DNA of 64,000 nucleotides from Batkoa obscura (Eukaryota): NCBI GenBank assembly GCA_030770535.1, contig JASVEC010000003.1, positions 372,001 to 436,000 of the forward strand, read 5' to 3'. Shown piece by piece: positions 52,511 to 63,882 of this stretch (position 1 is its first letter; each line of letters starts with the position of its first letter). The notes under the pieces were generated by a model. It saw only the letters and a program-made list of their open reading frames with translations, ran no database searches and was not told where the DNA came from. The position numbers and the translations under genes were made by a program.

Positions 52511-53238
52511 TAAAATATAAGGCTTCGGATTGGATTGACCTATTTAAAATGTGAAGTTTACCTATTACTTTTGTAGAGTTTTACTTTATCAAAAAATGAA
52601 ACTTACTTTCAATTAATACAAAATTATAGTAATTTTGTATTTGGTCATAAAAATAAGAAAAATTAAATTTTAATTGTTTTAAATTTAATTGAGTAAATTC
52701 AATTTATTAAAATGAGCTAATGTATAAAAATAATTACTGTTTTAAAATTTATAAAGTAATAGTTTGTTTGATAGTAAAAGTATATATTAAAAACAATAGT
52801 ATTGCCGCTCAAGCTATAATGTTATTCTAGTATATCTTTAAGCAGTAAAATTCCACATATATGTAATTAATATTCTAGATGTTGTATTTACTTTAATGAA
52901 TACATTTATGCTCATTAAAGATAAGATTAATTTCAATAATACATAAAAATTCTATGCAGGAAAGAGCCACCATTTGTTTTCTTTTATTATTTGGTCTAGT
53001 CGATAATTTAAAGCCATTGCACCACAAATTAAAAAAAGTTGCCAAGATTTTCTAAATTAGACAATTTTTAACAAAATTCTGATTTAGCTACCCCTATTCT
53101 CTAAACTGAAGTAGGCTCAATCGTTTCAAAAAAATCAATAGCAATAAAAGAAATAATAATACTTTATTAAAAAAAATATATAAATAAAGAGTAGTAGCAC
53201 TGAAAATATTATTAAAAATCTAAAAACTTATTCAAATA

Positions 53239-53800
53239 ATGAAATTCATAGCTTTATCTTCATTGATCATTTTATCATCTGTTAATGCAATGCCAGCAAA
53301 GGCAACAAGCAATCAAGGGTTAGAACTAATCAAAAAATTTGAAGGCTTCCGTGGCAATTTTTATCATGACCAAGTGGTAATAAAATGTTTATTTGATATA
53401 TTACTTTACTAATTAAATTTAGGGGGCAAAGACAATTGGATATGGACATGCATGTCATGGTGATGGTCAAAACTGTGCTGGCGTGACCGAGCCGTTAAGT
53501 GAGCCACAAGCTATGAGTTTATTAAAAGACGACTTGAAGTCTAGAGAAGAATGTGTTGCTAATAGTCTTACTACCCCCTTAGGAGGAAATTCCTTTTCGG
53601 CATTAGTATCATATGCATTTAATGTCGGCTGTGAAGCTTTTAAATCATCACCAGTATTAAATTTAGTTAACCAAAAAAGATTTGGAGAAGCTGCCAATGC
53701 ATTGAAAGCTCAATGTTACATTAGTGGACTTAAACTCGAAGATTTAGTAGTAAGGCGTGAAGCTGAAGCTTCATTGTTTTGCTTAGACGGCATTTGTTAA
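53239..53800 (+). CDS. Secreted phage-type lysozyme (GH24 muramidase)
   Basis: True start at 53239 with signal peptide MKFIALSSLIILSSVNA; intron 53377-53422. Spliced GLELIKKFEGFRGNFYHDQVGAKTIGYGH gives the E-x8-D-x5-T triad; also ALVSYAFNVG and LVVRREAE. Confidence 0.95.
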
Positions 53801-54005
53801 TTTTACATCCTTAACATATATTTTTAATAGATTTATAATTAATATAATATAATATATACATTAATAAAAATAATTACCTGAAATTTGGATATTATTGAAG
53901 ATGCATTTGAATATTAAAAGTCATATTTTAATAGTAAGTTAATGGATAATTTTAACATTTTAATCTATAATTGTAATACAAAAAGTGATGTCTATAAATA
54001 GCTAC

Positions 54006-54107
54006 ATGGGGATGTATTTGTTTAAGAATTTTACTAATAAATAGTCTTTCCACTCAAATAGCGCTTAAAAGATGGAAAAAGTGATGAAACCAAAAAAACA
54101 CCCCCAT
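54006..54107 (+). mobile_element. MITE-like ~100-bp family, copy 6
   Basis: acat-GGGGATGTATTTG...AAAAAAACACCCCC-atat. Confidence 0.88.
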
Positions 54108-55591
54108 ATGTTAATTATTTAGCTGATGACATAGAATATTAACTTTTGGGATGTATCATTTAGAGCTATAGGACTAAATTCAATTCCTATAAAATTAATT
54201 ACAGAATACCATCTAAGCTATTATCTAGAAATAAACTTTTAGGCTGGCCTACTCCTTTAAGGTTTTGTAGCTTTAACTTAGCTTAACTTTTACTTCTAAA
54301 ACATTACTACTGCTTTTAACCAATGGTTTTAGGCTCTATTATTATTTCAAAATTACTTTGTTAAATTATTTTACTTAACTGAATTTCCCGACTTCCTTTC
54401 ATTGTCACTTAATGACAATACTTATAGTTTCAAAATATTAGGCTCAATCAAAATAAGCAAGTGGTTTATTAAAATAAAGGGATGAAAAACAAGAATGGTA
54501 TAAAAATTCAAAAAAACTAAATGTTATGTCAAACCAGTGCTCTATGTAAAGTTATCACCAACGAAATCTACTATTCGACTTTGATAGGCCCTTTGCTTTA
54601 AATAAGCATAAGCAGAACTACAATGATGTAAATCAGTTTAAATTAGGAGTGAGGCTATTGATTGCAAGTATTTTATCAACATCATCTAAAATAAAAAATA
54701 GATAAAAATAAATAATGTAATAGTTTTATCTCTAGTCATACATTAGTACATATGCGAGCATTATTACTAATAAACAATGGTTTACAAATAAAATATACCT
54801 AATTTATTAAACTGATAGGTTAGGTATGACTGAACACAATGTCGTTTTGAAGTTCATCAAGGGCATGTGAATTTGGTTAAATCAGCTGCTTTTGCTGTTT
54901 TTGTTTAATGGAAAGTACGTATTGGATTAATTGTTATATAATTTATATAAAAAATTAGTAATTCAAAGTTAAGCAGACTAATCTAAAAAAGGAAATAAAC
55001 ATTTTTACTGTAATAAAATTATTATATAATTAAATATACTAAAGTTAGATAGAAAAGTTTCTTTTGTTTTAAGCCAGAATATTTAAACTATGAATTTTTA
55101 AAACTGAAATTGATATTTACAAAAAATGTACGCCGAAAATTAAGATGGGAAGTTATTGTAAGTATTTACAACTTAAATCCAAATAATCTACTAAAGGTAA
55201 TAAAAACGATGTAATGTCAAAAGTTTATTGAGTCGTCTTTATAATATATTTGTAACAGATCATAAATTTTAACAATGTCATAAGATACAAAGTGCTAATA
55301 TTAGAGTAGTTAATACTATATTTTATAGCTAGCTTACTATTTTTTTTCTATATTTTATTCATGACTTTATGGCTTGGTAGTATGGTTCAAAATTTAGCAC
55401 TTGACAATCATATGTATTAGGAACTGGTTGAAATTCAAAAGGAAATTCTAAGGGCGGATATCAGCTCAAAAATAATAGTAATTATATTCTAAGCGAGAGA
55501 AGGGTAGCGAAAGTATATAAAGCAGAAAACTATATTGCGATTGATTAAAAAAAGTCAAACTTGTCAATTGAATTTCATCAAAAACAATACA

Positions 55592-56746
55592 ATGAAAGTA
55601 TTCGCTATCTTTGCTATCTCCAGTTCTCTACTTGCTTCAGTATTTGCTGATCTTGCTCCATTACATAAAAATGGTAAAATCATTGAAGGAAGTTATTTAA
55701 TCACCTTGAAAGGTAACACTCGTACCACTCTTGATGCTCACGTCCAACAAGTGCAAGAGCTCTTCACTGACCGTAGTGGATCTAACAAAGTTGAAAGAGT
55801 TTTCAACCACATTGGAAACGCTTACCATGCTCGTTTAACTGATTCAGTTTTAGAAAAAGTTCGTAATTTACCTGAAGTTGCTTTCGTTGAAGCTGATGCT
55901 GAAATCAAACTTTCTACAACCCAAACTGGTGCTCCATGGGGACTTGCTCGTACCTCCCAACGTACTTTCACCGATAAATCTACCTATACCTATGATGGTA
56001 ATGGTTCTGATGTAACTGTTTATGTTATTGATACTGGTATCCTTACCACCCATACTGAATTTGGAGGTCGTGCTCGTTTTGGTGCCAGATTTGCTGGTAA
56101 TAATGACAATGATGAACATGGTCACGGTACCCATTGTGCTGGTACTGTTGGAGGTCAAACTTATGGTATCTCAAAAAATGTCAACCTTGTTGCAGTTAAA
56201 GTGTTTGATGGTAGTGGTTCAGGTAGTACCTCAGGAATTATTTCAGCTATCAATTGGTCCGTTAATGATAAAAAAGGAGTTAAAGGTAATGTTCTTAGTA
56301 TGTCCCTTGGTGGTGGTAAATCTACTACGCTTAACAATGCTGTTGAGTCAGCTTATCAAAAAGGATTTGTTGTTGTTGTAGCTGCTGGTAATGAAACTAG
56401 TGATGCTTGTACCCGTTCTCCAGCCTCATCACCAAATGCTATTACTGTTGCTGCTTCTGATATCAATGATAACCTCGCCTCTTTCTCCAACTATGGTAAA
56501 TGCGTTGATGTTATCGCTCCAGGTGTAGCCGTCCTTTCTTCATGGAACAACGGTGGTACTAACACTATCTCTGGTACTTCCATGGCTACTCCTCATGTTG
56601 CTGGTCTTGCTGCTTATTTCCTTTCAAAAGAAACTTTAACCAATGCTCAAGTAAGAGATAAAATTGTTAGTGTTGCTACTAAGAATGCTATCAAGAACCC
56701 AAAAACTGGTACTCCAAATCTTTTAGCTTATAACAACATTGCTTAA
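55592..56746 (+). CDS. Secreted proteinase K-type subtilisin (S8A), copy 3
   Basis: ATG at 55592 (MKVFAIFAISS, matching the paralogs) rather than the upstream TTG in the track; complete catalytic triad motifs. Confidence 0.98.
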   Translation: MKVFAIFAISSSLLASVFADLAPLHKNGKIIEGSYLITLKGNTRTTLDAHVQQVQELFTDRSGSNKVERVFNHIGNAYHARLTDSVLEKVRNLPEVAFVEADAEIKLSTTQTGAPWGLARTSQRTFTDKSTYTYDGNGSDVTVYVIDTGILTTHTEFGGRARFGARFAGNNDNDEHGHGTHCAGTVGGQTYGISKNVNLVAVKVFDGSGSGSTSGIISAINWSVNDKKGVKGNVLSMSLGGGKSTTLNNAVESAYQKGFVVVVAAGNETSDACTRSPASSPNAITVAASDINDNLASFSNYGKCVDVIAPGVAVLSSWNNGGTNTISGTSMATPHVAGLAAYFLSKETLTNAQVRDKIVSVATKNAIKNPKTGTPNLLAYNNIA

Positions 56747-57290
56747 GCTTATAAAATAAAATTTCAAGTACATTAAAATTATTTTCAATTTTATTAGATC
56801 CTTAAATTTTAAATACACTATAGTGTATGGCATTTGTGTAATATGTCAGATTTATAGGCACTGTCATATGTATTTATTTAAAGAGAAAATAGCTAAACGA
56901 GCTTAAATAAAAAGTAAAAATAAAAATTAACTCTTTACTATGACTTAAGTTAATTTGCAGTTTTATTGAAGCTACTACTAGAAGTATTGTTTGGGACGGG
57001 TATTATTTAAATATTTAGAACATAACGTAAAAGGAGATTTTGGTGTGGGTTTAACGTTAACAACCTTTAATACTTCTGAAGTATGTCTAAATATCAGTAT
57101 TTATTTATGTGGGGCTTTTTGTGAAGCTAAAAAGTCATTTTGTCATCCTGTTAATGTTTTTTGAAGTTGCATTATTTTTTGCATTTTTGTTCAATTTATT
57201 AACCTTGAAAAAACAAATTTAGTGAAAATTAAAATAGAAAACGCCAATGTAAATATATAAAATAAGTCTATAGATAATGTTTATTACAAG

Positions 57291-58373
57291 CTATACTAAT
57301 TTTTTAATGGAAGCAACAGTATCAGCGAAATTATCTTTGATATATCCTTTTGCAAGATTATCACTTTCCTTTAAAACTTGTTTACGGACACCACTAAGGA
57401 TAACTAATTTTTCATCGTATTTAACACCTCTGTATTCATTCAGGATCATTTCATCAGCGGTAGGGCTTAAAATAGCATTAGTAGTAGCGGCCAAAAATAA
57501 GCCTGTATATAGAATGGCACCAATTCCAGAAGTTACAGCTCTTTTCATATAATTTAAAGCTTTGTTATTATAAGCCATTTTAGATGCATTAATCAAAGCC
57601 AAATGTTGAAAACATGAAGATAAAGTAGCTGCTTCATTTGACCATTTTCTTGATCCACAATAATAACCACGATCTTTTTCATAATCCGTACCCCATTTAT
57701 CACAAGAAGACCTAGTTTCCGAATTTGGTATTAACTTGAAACAGTTGCTAAAATCGTATGGTATGCTAGCAGTTTGCAGCACGTCATTAGCTAATAAGAA
57801 AATCTTATCAATACCTAATGCATAATCATTAGATTGGGTTGTTTGTGCATCTTTGTTATATAGCTTAGTATTGTTTAAGATTTTAGTGACTATACTTTCA
57901 GTCATTTTAATTTGAAATACTTGGCGATAATTTTGATCATCTGGATATAGATTATTCATTGGTACAATAGTGGATCTCAAGCCCTGTCTTAAATCCACAG
58001 ACACATAATTTAAATTGCCAATATCAGGTGCTACGTATAAACAATCCTTGCTTTTTTTAGTAGATGAAATTTCCATAATTTCTAAATTATTCATACCTGC
58101 AATGGAATCAGTAGCCTTGACTCGGAAATTACCAGTACAATATTGACGACAAGTCAAACAACAGGATTCAGTATCACGAAGACAATTTTTTCCTTGATAC
58201 CAGTTCCTTGCTTCATCAAAGGTATCCTTTCCTGTTATTGGTATCCAATGGTGTAGAGATTGACAATTACGTTGATATTTTGATGATATATCAACTTCAA
58301 ACCATACTATGCCATTCTTAAGCTTATGACATTTCTTATCCAAGTAAGCAAGAGCCCAAGCGGGTTTTGACAT
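57291..58373 (-). CDS. Intronless Cys-rich hypothetical protein, 360 aa
   Basis: Long ORF with a TATA-like element upstream, CLRDTESCCLTCRQYC cluster and a hydrophobic stretch near the C-terminus. No family recognised. Confidence 0.8.
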   Translation of the reverse strand: MSKPAWALAYLDKKCHKLKNGIVWFEVDISSKYQRNCQSLHHWIPITGKDTFDEARNWYQGKNCLRDTESCCLTCRQYCTGNFRVKATDSIAGMNNLEIMEISSTKKSKDCLYVAPDIGNLNYVSVDLRQGLRSTIVPMNNLYPDDQNYRQVFQIKMTESIVTKILNNTKLYNKDAQTTQSNDYALGIDKIFLLANDVLQTASIPYDFSNCFKLIPNSETRSSCDKWGTDYEKDRGYYCGSRKWSNEAATLSSCFQHLALINASKMAYNNKALNYMKRAVTSGIGAILYTGLFLAATTNAILSPTADEMILNEYRGVKYDEKLVILSGVRKQVLKESDNLAKGYIKDNFADTVASIKKLV

Positions 58374-60399
58374 AAAGTTGAAGCAATAAAAAAGAGGAGA
58401 GGTAAAGCTAGAAGTATTTGGTTTTTTTGTATATTGTTAAATCATTTTGATTCTATTATATATAGTTTTTTTAAATATTTCGGATACTAAGTATAAAATA
58501 AATATTAGTTATAAAGCAGTGTTTAATGTTTAATGATTTAACAACAAACATGAATTAATAAAGAATAAATAAGTATAATGATTTCAAAATAATAACAATT
58601 ATAGTTTAGTTTTTGAGATATCAAAACAGTGCAACTAATTGTATCCTTTAAATTATTACATAATTCATAAACCACTCGTTATTTTATTTTTATTTTGTTT
58701 TATTTTCCTGGTCTTAAAAATGCTTATTTACTTACTCTGCTCTTTATCAATTGTATGTTAAATTAACGAATTCTTTGATATCACCTTAACTTATCCGCGG
58801 CAGTTTAGGATACTATAATTACCCAGCTCTTTAATATTTGATCATATTTATAGTAATTTGATTATCGTATTGAGTTAATATTATTTAATAGATTCTCATT
58901 GAGGTTTATTATTAAAATAATGTAGTTTGTATTTATATTATACTAGTTAATGATACAAAACTCATATTTTTATGATAAATATACACTAACATATAAAATT
59001 TTGTACCAAAGGTATAGTCAGCATGAAGTGTTCTTTTAAATTATGCATTAGATCAAAGGCCATCATTCATTTGTGGTTTATCTAAAATTTTAATAAATTA
59101 TGTTGATTTAAATAATATGTGAAAATCTATTTTTATACTTGAGAAGGAATACAAATTTAAAGTTCATCAATTATACTTTCGTCAAAAACTGATTAAATGT
59201 TTGGATTTTTTATTATTCAACCAATATTAATTGAAATAATTTTTATATAATATAAAAAATCCAAATTCTAAATTACAGTCAATTTGTTATAATCAATCTC
59301 AGTCAAAATTTAATTTTTTCCAATTAGCTTAGAATCTTTCATGGATTTCATTTTCATGATTTTACAATACTTATAAAATTTGTCTCGAAAATCGAAGGAC
59401 CAAACTTTAAATGCTCGTTTCTTAATAGCTAACAATCAAAGAATATACATTTTTTTCAACTATGTTTAAAAAGCTATATTATTTTTTTATGTCAAGTATC
59501 ACTTTTATTAGTTTCATATTGAATTATGAGGTAATTTATAAAGTAATCTAATCTTTTTTTCTGGCGCAAGCGGTAAGAGTAATTAACTGCAACTATAAAA
59601 TTAATTTCTGTAAAATTCGGTCTAAAAATCCAAAAAACATTATTGATATGATTAAGACAGCCAAATAGCGCTCTCCACTATAGCATTAATTTTCATTTTC
59701 TGAACAGATATTTTAAATCAATTTAAAGTAGTCAATGCTTTATTATTGGTGATTGTAAAATAGTACTAGTTACTTTATTTATGACTGTTAAAAATATTTA
59801 AAACTGTTTATTTGGGCTGAATTAGCTTATTTAGGTGATTGCATCATATTTGATAAATTTACCAATTTTTATTTATATTATATTAAATAAAAAATATGAC
59901 AGATTGGTTTTTAAACATTAATTTTAAGCATTTTAAAAATTTTCATATATATAAAACTTCGTTAAATTTAATATATCATAGAATAATTCTTATAAAAATA
60001 TTATAAAATTTATGGCTAAAAATAATATTTTTAATAATGTTTTTTTAAAATTGCATGGAAATTATATTTATTTAATATTAAAATCTAAAATATAAATAAA
60101 TAAAAGTTTATTTTATATTAATCCCAGTTATAATATCTGAAAGTATTTAACAATATTTAAATTCAGTTTTTTATGAAATTAATGCCACATTAAAATAAAC
60201 ATTTTATAAGTTATCATAAACTGAAATTTAAATTTAAGCTTAGATCTTAAAAAGTTAGCAGGTTATAAAAATGTAAAACTGGATTTGATCTTTTAGCTGC
60301 AATTATTTTCAAATAAGTTAATAAATTTAGATTTTTATTTAGCTATAATTATAAATTTCATAATTGTATATATTTTTAAATTATATTAAATAATATAAA

Positions 60400-60493
60400 A
60401 GCGTTTTTTTTAGTTTTATCACTTTATTTTTTAAACATTATTTAATTAAAAAAAAATAATAAAATTTTTAAACATAAAAATACATCCTTATAT
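60400..60493 (-). mobile_element. MITE-like ~100-bp family, heavily AT-eroded copy
   Basis: Ends AAAATTTTTAAACATAAAAATACATCCTTATAT and is collinear with the copy at 61718. Confidence 0.55.
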
Positions 60494-60779
60494 AAAAAAT
60501 GCAATTTTTTTTTAAAAACAATTTTATTTATATTAATAATATATATAAAATATTATTATAAAAACAAATATAATAGTTATATTTAAGATTAATTTGTATA
60601 TATTTAAGATATCAGTAAGTATGATATAAATAAAATATTATTTAACTTAGTTTTAGTTACTTGAAAATTAGCTTAAATAGCCTGATTTTTAAAAATAGTA
60701 CCTATTAATTATTAAAAAGTAAGTATCTAAAGTTTAGTTTTTTAATTTTTAAAATAAGTTTTATAAGCATTATATTAGA

Positions 60780-61350
60780 TATTGGTTTATCAGCTCTCGG
60801 ATTAATTATAAGATAATAATCATTTAACTTGTTTACAAAACCAGTTGTAATCTTGTAATCAATTTGATCGTGATCCATGTGGTATAATCAATTCAAAATC
60901 CCTCATTTAGATTTGCTGTGAGAATTTCTATCCCCTAATTGCAAAGAACTTATTGTCCACGTTTTAATACCCATACTTGGCAACTATAATAAAGAATAAC
61001 TATTATTATGCCCCTTACATATACCCACCAAGCTGGAGTATAAAACAGACTACTCAACACAACAACTCGATGCTTTTTAATTGAATTACTCCCTGATATT
61101 GTACCATTAATAAAGCCACTAAGTCTTTCTGATAATATCTTACATAGATTTTACAGTAGTATTTCCTATTCTATTTGTTTTACATAGTTCATAGCCTATT
61201 GCGCACTATTCTTACTAACTTAAATCTATCTTAGTTACATAAACTAAGATCGTTCGACTCCAGGCAAGTTAATCAAGCTAGAACTGGTTTTAACTTCTAC
61301 CACTGAGTACCAACTTTCACAACATCTCCATATAATCAAAGTATTTAGAT
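60780..61350 (-). pseudogene. Decayed coding-like segment of unknown origin
   Basis: A GC-elevated island between extremely AT-rich flanks, with short protein-like frames broken by stops. Strand and identity are uncertain. Confidence 0.3.
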
Positions 61351-61717
61351 CAATCAATCAAGACTTTTAATAACAAATAAAACTAAAATCAAATAATCTA
61401 AAACTTTTAAATATTTGGCATTTAAAATTTTTATTTAATTAGTTATAAAGCTTTATCAACTTAATTAGCATTAAATTAATTTTTTTAAAGCTTAATACTT
61501 AAAAAATCGATCTAATATAAATTATATAGATGATATTTATTATAGCTTTAACTACTTAAATAATATAAATAATAACTATTAAAATTTTTAAAATAAAATA
61601 AAACAAAATAATTTATTATTATTATATATAACATTTTTTAAATTTGAATATTTTTTATTAAAATATTTATTTAAAAATATAATTTAAATTATAAATTATA
61701 AACAACATAATAAATAT

Positions 61718-61820
61718 TTGAGGATGTTTTTTTTGGTTTCATTATTTTTTCCATTTTTTAAGCGCTATTTAAGTAGAAAAGCTATTAGTAAAATTCTTAA
61801 ACGAAAAAATACATCCCCAT
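61718..61820 (-). mobile_element. MITE-like ~100-bp family, inverted copy
   Basis: Reverse complement of the family consensus; a partial second end follows at about 61871-61905. Confidence 0.88.
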
Positions 61821-61952
61821 ATTATTTTTTTAAATAAACATCGAATTAATATATATTTAAATTTAAAAATTATTAGTAAAAATTTTAAACAAAAAACACA
61901 CCCTATTTAAAAAAATCAATATATAACTTTTTTCATAATTAAATTTAAATAA

Positions 61953-62007
61953 ATAAAAAATAAAAAATAAAAAATAAAAAATAAAAAATAAAAAATAAAA
62001 ATAAAAA
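61953..62007. repeat. (TAAAAAA)n / (TAAAA)n simple repeat
   Basis: Seen directly. Confidence 0.85.
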
Positions 62008-62562
62008 TACTATAATTTTAATTATAATTAATGAAAGTTCTATTACAATATCAATTTTTTTGCTTTTTAAATTTAATTATTATTTAAAAATTTATTCATT
62101 TTGTTCAAATACATTTTTCTAAATAGTTTGATAGGTTTGTAAAACTTGTAATAACTTTATTTTAATTTTTTAATTTTATAAAAGTAAATTTTTATTTATG
62201 CAACTATTAAGTTTAATTCTATATAATAGAATAGATCTCAGCCAAAATTTAACTATTTTTCAGCAAATTTGGAGTTTTTTTTACAAATTGTATCTTCAGG
62301 TGATGAAATTATAAGATAAATTGCATTTCATAAAAGAAATTTCAAGTTGGTTGAAAATATTTAAAAGCTAATAAAAACTACTTGATATTAGATTGAAAAG
62401 TGATTTGAATTCAGACGTTAAGGGGTTCAAATTTACTAGCTTTTTATTTGCTTAATTTTTATCCCACAAAGGATTGGATTTTCTATACAAAACACTAAAT
62501 TGAAAAAATTAAAAAACAACTTCCTTCTTTAAGCTTCAAGTTAACAAAGATTCTATAACAAA

Positions 62563-63882
62563 ATGAGTGAAGTACAAGATAAATCTACTGTTGAACTCAA
62601 AGTTCAGGAATCGAGAGAACAAGAAAAGCCCACCATTGAAAGCAAAGTCAAAGAGTTAAGCGAGCAAGAGTTAGCTAATTTAAAAGTTGATGTAGTTAAA
62701 CAATTTGAGTTCTATTTTTCAAAGTATAACTTACCCAGAGACAAATACTTAAAGAACGTTATTACTAATGACCCAGATTTTAAAGTTGATGTTGACAAAA
62801 TCTTAAGCTTTAAAAAAGTAAAGAAATACCAATCATACAAGGACTTAGTATTGGAAGCGTTGAAGGGATCCAAGACACTTGAAGTAAAAGACGAGAAAGT
62901 AGGCCCAGTCACAAAATTTGATTTGGAGGTCGATTTAGATGAAATTATTGATCGTAGTATTTATTTAAGAGGTTTTGATAAATTAGAGTATTCTCAATTA
63001 GCAGAAGAGCTTCATGAATTCATGGCTGAAAAGATTAAAGAAGTTGGTTCAGATAATGAAGATGCTCTCCCAGAAGAGCAAATTGCAAGAGTTGATTTGC
63101 GTACATATTTTAACAAAAAAAGTAATAGCAGAGGGTTTAAGGTACTTTATTTTTTATTCATTTTTTCGGTTTATTAAATTTAGGTTTAGGGTTCTGTCTA
63201 TATTGAATTTATTGAAAAAAAGTATGCTGATAAGTTTTATGAATACTATAAACAAAAGGATCTCAAATTCAAAAATATAAAGTTACAAATATTAACACGG
63301 TAAGATTTCTTGATTTATATCTAATAAAAAATTAATGTAGATTTTAGTAAGCAACATGAAGCAAAAAGTAAAGTAGCAGACACCTATTCAGGTTTTGAAG
63401 CATGGACAATAGATGGGTTGGACAGAAAAAGCATGTTTCAAATCACCGGAGCCACTGGACATCTCGATTTTGATCCAGCTATTAGGCTTTTTTACGAAAC
63501 TATATCTGGAATTAACTATATTGCATTTGAAAAAAATATTTCTGATGACAATAGCCCAAAAAAGATTTACGTCATATTACATGAAGATCGTGATACTGAA
63601 GTAGCTATGCAAAACTTTAATTCCGTCAAAAGAAAATTAAGCTATAAAGTAAAATCTACGGATGAAGAAGATGTTGAAGCAACCTTAAAAGCTGAGCCAT
63701 TAGGCGAAGTTGAATTGGATTCTACTTATGCGCTCCGAGATGATTTATTAAAAATGAAAATAGTATGTAATGGCAAAGAATTGCACTCCCTAAATAAGGA
63801 TTTTAATGGAAAAGGACCTAAAGGTTTAAAACGTGGAAACAGCATTAAATTTTCAAAATCCAAGGCTTTTAGAAAAGCTTAG
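62563..63882 (+). CDS. La-motif RNA-binding protein (La/Lhp1 or LARP7 type)
   Basis: La motif QFEFYFSKYNLPRDKYL, RRM RSIYLRGF...GFK|GSVYIEF, a second RRM-like C-terminal region and a basic tail; two introns. Confidence 0.9.

Noticed and set aside
61228..61265. B-box-like GTTCGACTCC next to a hairpin
   Set aside because: No T-stem pairing, A-box or cloverleaf, so it is not a tRNA.
24788..61820. CRISPR-like interpretation of the recurring 100-bp sequence
   Set aside because: Copies are dispersed over kilobases in both orientations in a eukaryotic genome, with no repeat-spacer periodicity and no cas genes.
16956..63604. Many 60-120 aa ORFs antisense or off-frame to real genes (e.g. 16956, 20009, 27277, 43349, 46884, 47071, 51041, 53467, 55868, 56022, 57277, 62712, 63014, 63413)
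   Set aside because: Shadow ORFs produced by the codon bias of the overlapping genuine CDS.
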